Virus record (IMG/VR): IMGVR_UViG_3300022699_000293
Span: 23,131-87,130 of that record
DNA length: 64,000 nt
Origin: a virus
Reading direction: 5' to 3' (one strand)
The notes beneath the pieces were generated by a model. It saw only the letters and a program-made list of their open reading frames with translations, had not been told where the DNA came from and ran no database searches. Each line of letters opens with the position of its first letter. The first letter of the stretch is position 1. Below are positions 60,192 through 64,000 of the stretch, piece by piece. The translations under genes were made by a program, and so were the position numbers.

Positions 60192-60413
60192 ATGTTTATG
60201 AATGATCGGAAAAAACAACAAGAAAAAAAGCGTGACTATCATGCGTTGTGGCTATTTTTATGCGTAACCTTAATAGCTATGCTTTTTACTAATTTCTACA
60301 TAGGGTTGGCACTTGGTAGTATTATTACAGCTTTATATTGGTCAACTGCAACAGAAGAAATAAGGGAAGAAGAACGACAACGTAGACTATACGAGCAAAA
60401 AAGAAATTTCTAA
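60192..60413 (+). CDS. Small two-TM membrane protein
   Basis: SD gaggag; two hydrophobic segments. Confidence 0.55.
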   Translation: MFMNDRKKQQEKKRDYHALWLFLCVTLIAMLFTNFYIGLALGSIITALYWSTATEEIREEERQRRLYEQKRNF

Positions 60414-60830
60414 TTCTTCTAAAATTTTAAACAAACATGTTAGCTAAGACTTTCCAGTGTAGTTCGTTACGAACTATGTATTCAATGAATATACTCTATT
60501 TACACAATATTTTTTTTGCAATACCATATGCTTGTCCAAGCGCTTTCACTGGGGATGACCCCAGTGACGCACCGACAAGCATATACTTGAATTCAAGTAA
60601 CATGTTTCACGTATTGGTTTAGTGTGTAGACTTCACTAAGTCGAGCGTTACGCTCGAGTTCTAGTCTTTAAGTATCCCTAGAAGAGATTTTTCAAAGTCG
60701 TTGGAAAATTTGCTTACGGCTCCTTCTTTTTATTTAGGACCTCGAAGAGCTGACTAAATAAAAACAAAGAGCCCGACGCAAACTTTTCCATACACTTTGA
60801 AAACTAATTCAAGCAATACGGAGAACAACT

Positions 60831-61109
60831 ATGGCAAAGAAAATGACTCTTAGAAAGTGTACTACTCCCGGATGTAACATTCTAATCGAAGTCCTTAAAA
60901 CTACACCTTTGAATGCCCGACGCTATTGTTCTAAGTGCATGGCTGAAAAAAGAAAGAAAGGTTGTGTGGTTTGCGGTGCTTTTGCAGGAAACCGACGAGA
61001 ACTAGTTTGGTTCAAAGGTGCCTACTATTGTCGGGAACATGTAAATACTCCTTACAAACCGGAAACTCTTCGAACTCGGCGTTGTAGTAGCTTGGCTTCT
61101 GCAATATAA
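60831..61109 (+). CDS. Zn-finger protein
   Basis: C..C, CSKC, CVVC, CREH; SD ggag. Confidence 0.6.
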   Translation: MAKKMTLRKCTTPGCNILIEVLKTTPLNARRYCSKCMAEKRKKGCVVCGAFAGNRRELVWFKGAYYCREHVNTPYKPETLRTRRCSSLASAI

Positions 61110-61129
61110 TCGAACGCACGGAGGAAACC

Positions 61130-61510
61130 ATGAAGTCGTCGGAATACGTTAAAAAGTGTGTTGTTACTGAATCCTACGATCTAGAAGAGATAAGAAGCCG
61201 GTTGCAAGACGAGAGCTTGATCAGGGTACTGCATGCGGCTTTGGGCTTGGCGACAGAAGCAGCAGAGATACTTGACATGGTAAAGAAGCACGTATACTAC
61301 GGCAAGGAACTAGACTTGGTTAATCTGAAAGAAGAGTTGGGAGATTCTAATTGGTATCAGTCAATTCTCGTAGATCTTTTGGACTTGTCTTGGGAAGACA
61401 TATGGGAAACTAATATAGAAAAACTACAAAAAAGATACGGAAACAAATTCAGTAAAGAAAAAGCTTTGAACAGAGACTTGGAAAAAGAAAGAAAAATTTT
61501 AGAAAAATAA
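61130..61510 (+). CDS. MazG-like nucleotide pyrophosphohydrolase
   Basis: LGLATEAAEILD.VKK..EELGD..WY..NIEKL.KRY. Confidence 0.9.
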   Translation: MKSSEYVKKCVVTESYDLEEIRSRLQDESLIRVLHAALGLATEAAEILDMVKKHVYYGKELDLVNLKEELGDSNWYQSILVDLLDLSWEDIWETNIEKLQKRYGNKFSKEKALNRDLEKERKILEK

Positions 61511-61525
61511 TTTTGGAGGTCTGAA

Positions 61526-61897
61526 GTGATGAAGAAAAAATTGAGCGAATTGTGGGGATGGTACAGAAAACTTCCTTGGTGGGGGAAGTTGTTATGTATT
61601 CTCCCTGTTGTGTTGTTCGCGGGTGCTTTGGTGTTTTACTACGTCTTTGCACCTAGCGGCATTGGTCGTGGCAAGTCTGACGAGAAACACGAAGAAGTAG
61701 TAGACGAAGCTTTAGACCGCAATGAAGAACTTATCAACACTTTAGACCACCTTGTAAAAACCAAAAAAAAAGAAATAGCCACCAAATTAAATCAAGCTCA
61801 TGCTGTAGATACGGATACACTTAAAGCAAGAGAAAAGATACAGCAGGCCAACTCTATGGAAGAACTTCTAAAATTACAAAAGGAGCTAGGGTTATGA
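61526..61897 (+). CDS. N-terminal TM plus coiled-coil protein (spanin-like?)
   Basis: TM segment LLCILPVVLFAGALVFYYVF; overlaps the next gene. Confidence 0.5.
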   Translation: MMKKKLSELWGWYRKLPWWGKLLCILPVVLFAGALVFYYVFAPSGIGRGKSDEKHEEVVDEALDRNEELINTLDHLVKTKKKEIATKLNQAHAVDTDTLKAREKIQQANSMEELLKLQKELGL

Positions 61898-62358
61898 AAC
61901 TCCTAAGTTTTATGTGTGTTTTGTTATTTGCTTATCCTGCAGTGGCAGAAGAACCCTACACTCAATTGTACAAGTTACCTGTTCCTGAAAAATGTAACGT
62001 AGAGGATGAAGAAAAGTGGTGCATAGACTTAGATGACTGGAAAACAATCGTCCTTATGGCTAACGATTATCGTGGTCTCTTTATGTGGCGCTTGGAAATT
62101 TCCGGAGCTTTAGACGCACATGAAGATGTCATCATGGGCTATGACCTCAAGGTACAAGCTTTAGAAAACTCTTTAAGTATCCTGCAAAAAGAACGAGATT
62201 ATAAGAATACACGCATAGAAGAACTCGAAAGTTATTTTCGGCAAGGCAATCGAGAACACAAGTTAGAAAAATGTTTGATGTGGGGGGTAATTCTTGTAGA
62301 AACTATAGCTATTGGAGCTTTGGGAATTTCAGGGTTTGCGCATACCGTGAACAACTAG
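61894..62358 (+). CDS. Signal-peptide, coiled-coil, C-terminal TM protein (spanin-like?)
   Basis: MKLLSFMCVLLFAYPAVA signal; C-terminal hydrophobic helix. Confidence 0.5.
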   Translation: MKLLSFMCVLLFAYPAVAEEPYTQLYKLPVPEKCNVEDEEKWCIDLDDWKTIVLMANDYRGLFMWRLEISGALDAHEDVIMGYDLKVQALENSLSILQKERDYKNTRIEELESYFRQGNREHKLEKCLMWGVILVETIAIGALGISGFAHTVNN

Positions 62359-62732
62359 TATCTCGAGCGATACCGTTGCCCATAACCGATTGCCTGTAAT
62401 TCCGGATTTGTGTTGTAGTTGTCATACCGGCTAGGTTGGTCGTCATTCTCTTTACCGTGTAATAAAGCTGCTCCCCCTAACAAACCAGCTCCAGCACCTA
62501 AGCCAATTTTCGCGGCCAAAGGTAAACCCTTCACTTTAGACCATATTCTACGAAAAACTCCAGACTTGGGTTGTTCGCGAGCGGGTATGTGGACCAATCC
62601 AGGTGTTCCAGGAGGTCGTGGTGGCCGTGCACCTGGCGGAAGCCAATCTGATATAGGTACGTCAGCACCTAATTTAAATAGAGTCCAAGTATCCGCAAAA
62701 CCATGTTGAAACGATGTTGATAGCTTATACAT
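62355..62732 (-). CDS. Glycine-zipper protein with FxxGF..KLG leader
   Basis: SFQHGFADTWTLFKLG; GLGAGAGLLGGAALL. Confidence 0.6.
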   Translation of the reverse strand: MYKLSTSFQHGFADTWTLFKLGADVPISDWLPPGARPPRPPGTPGLVHIPAREQPKSGVFRRIWSKVKGLPLAAKIGLGAGAGLLGGAALLHGKENDDQPSRYDNYNTNPELQAIGYGQRYRSRY

Positions 62733-62793
62733 ACCTTAAATATAGGCTATTCGCTGGTACAAGACAATAGTTTCCAAACAAGGGGAGGTTGGT

Positions 62794-62982
62794 TTGACGG
62801 AAGAAGGACGGTACGCGATCCGGTATGATGGGCATCTAAACAATAACGGAAAGGAGGTAATTCGAGGTGGGGCGCTGGAGACGCCCGAGGAACGATTTGG
62901 ACTGGGTTGTTTGCAGGAGGAAGAGGCGGTAGTGTTCCAATTACCGGAAGAAAAAAATTGTTTTTTCGACCCCCTTCTGTAA
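62794..62982 (+). CDS. Small hypothetical protein in its own transcription unit
   Basis: TGGTACAAG motif; SD ggaggt; TTG start; terminator downstream. Confidence 0.5.
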   Translation: MTEEGRYAIRYDGHLNNNGKEVIRGGALETPEERFGLGCLQEEEAVVFQLPEEKNCFFDPLL

Positions 62983-63008
62983 TTTAACAATATTTTCGTA
63001 TTGCGATG

Positions 63009-63034
63009 GAGGGGCTTCGCGCCCCTCTTTCTTT
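63009..63034 (+). terminator. Intrinsic terminator
   Basis: gaggggc-ttcgc-gcccctc followed by tttcttt. Confidence 0.8.
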
Positions 63035-63146
63035 GGCCTATAATTGAAATGAGTGCTCAATTCGTTACGCGGAGTTTTGATTTGGCGGTCACTCCTCCTT
63101 GGGCTAACGAATTTGAGCACTCTTTAGTATCTAAAGGAGATTCTAA

Positions 63147-63440
63147 ATGCAAACACTAAAAGAAGTTTTCTTACACGAACTGAAAAATAAAGAAAAACAG
63201 TGTACGGAATACGACAAAAAATTAAATAAAGAACCCTTGGATACATCTCCTGAACAAGCACTCATGTGGCGAAAAGCTTTTAAATATGTAAAATTAGCAA
63301 GAATGCATTTACTCAGTGCTAAGCATAAGCTTCAGTTGAACGATTATAATGCATTTCCTTATACTTTCGGACAAGCCTGTTCCAATCTAGGAAGAACTTA
63401 TGAAATCTACGAACAAATCCGCAATTACAATCAACTTTGA
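63147..63440 (+). CDS. Hypothetical protein
   Basis: SD aaggag. Confidence 0.55.
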   Translation: MQTLKEVFLHELKNKEKQCTEYDKKLNKEPLDTSPEQALMWRKAFKYVKLARMHLLSAKHKLQLNDYNAFPYTFGQACSNLGRTYEIYEQIRNYNQL

Positions 63441-63711
63441 GTCTCCCGAGAATGCCGAAGATTTTGTTGACAACATCGTTCTTCATATAACCACCAATGA
63501 TGACGGTAAGCCTATAGTCTCCCTGGGACAGCTTTTAAACATTTTAATAAGGTGTACCGCTGTGTTAACTTTAATTTCTTGTAAAAAATTAGAAGACGTT
63601 TACCATAACGCCTCGCACTTTAGTAGCTTTATTGCCGACGCTATTCAAGAAGCTTTGGAAAACAAATTTCAAGTAAATATTAATATACAAGATCGTACGG
63701 ACGTAAATTAG
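63400..63711 (+). CDS. Hypothetical protein
   Basis: 103-aa ORF. Confidence 0.45.
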   Translation: MKSTNKSAITINFESPENAEDFVDNIVLHITTNDDGKPIVSLGQLLNILIRCTAVLTLISCKKLEDVYHNASHFSSFIADAIQEALENKFQVNINIQDRTDVN

Positions 63712-63760
63712 GTTGTTTTAGCGGTACAAGAATATGAACTCTAACAAGAAAGGTTGTCTG

Positions 63761-64000
63761 ATGACTGAGCGATACGAAGTCAACGGTGAGACTGTTCTGG
63801 ATACCGCCACTGGCCTGGAGTGGCAAACCGAGGCGGCTGAGCCGATGACTCGGGACGCGGCAACAACATATGCCGCATCCCTCGGCGACGGCTGGGAGTT
63901 ACCGACAGCTCAAGAGCTGTTTGAGCTGCCCGTCGACTGGGCGGCCTGGGGGTACAACAAAAATCAGTTTTGGTCGTCATCGGTCTACCCGGGCTATCCA
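63761..64000 (+). CDS. DUF1566/Lcl-C (C-type-lectin fold) protein, truncated by the window end
   Basis: Own translation: MTERYEVNGETVLDTATGLEWQ..A..YA..L..GWELPTAQEL..FWSSS; absent from the ORF track. Confidence 0.8.
   Translation, partial: MTERYEVNGETVLDTATGLEWQTEAAEPMTRDAATTYAASLGDGWELPTAQELFELPVDWAAWGYNKNQFWSSSVYPGYP

Overview
This window looks like a 64-kb segment of a large, AT-rich, contractile-tailed (jumbo myovirus-like) bacteriophage genome. Bases 1-9 kb hold DNA-metabolism, regulatory and lysis genes: an SSB-like protein, a Zn-finger-decorated sigma factor, ParB, an amidase endolysin, a Cas4/RecB-like nuclease and an SNF2 helicase. Bases 9-19 kb hold a portal and a phage multisubunit RNA polymerase built as a beta+beta'(N) fusion plus a separate beta'(C), with a LigD-like primase-polymerase/phosphoesterase gene between them. 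Bases 19-50 kb hold head genes (internal proteins, prohead protease, scaffolds, decoration, major capsid) and neck, tail and baseplate genes. Bases 50-60 kb form an RNA island with a tmRNA, a type II hammerhead ribozyme, 13 canonical tRNAs, one aberrant tRNA-Cys and several unexplained structured RNAs. Bases 60-64 kb hold small accessory genes. Most notable: (1) a pervasive K-x-A motif and a [FY]xxG[FYVW]...KxA leader shared by about 20 head or glycine-zipper proteins, which suggests a protease-processing and capsid-cargo addressing system that may also load the RNAP and LigD; (2) a GC-rich tandem DIP1984-family gene coupled to a ~290-nt closed RNA carrying seven CCGA repeats; (3) the hammerhead beside tmRNA; (4) two recurring promoter-like motifs, one apparently driving single-hairpin sRNAs with anti-SD-like loops. 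All protein calls come from motif recognition by eye; no database search was run.
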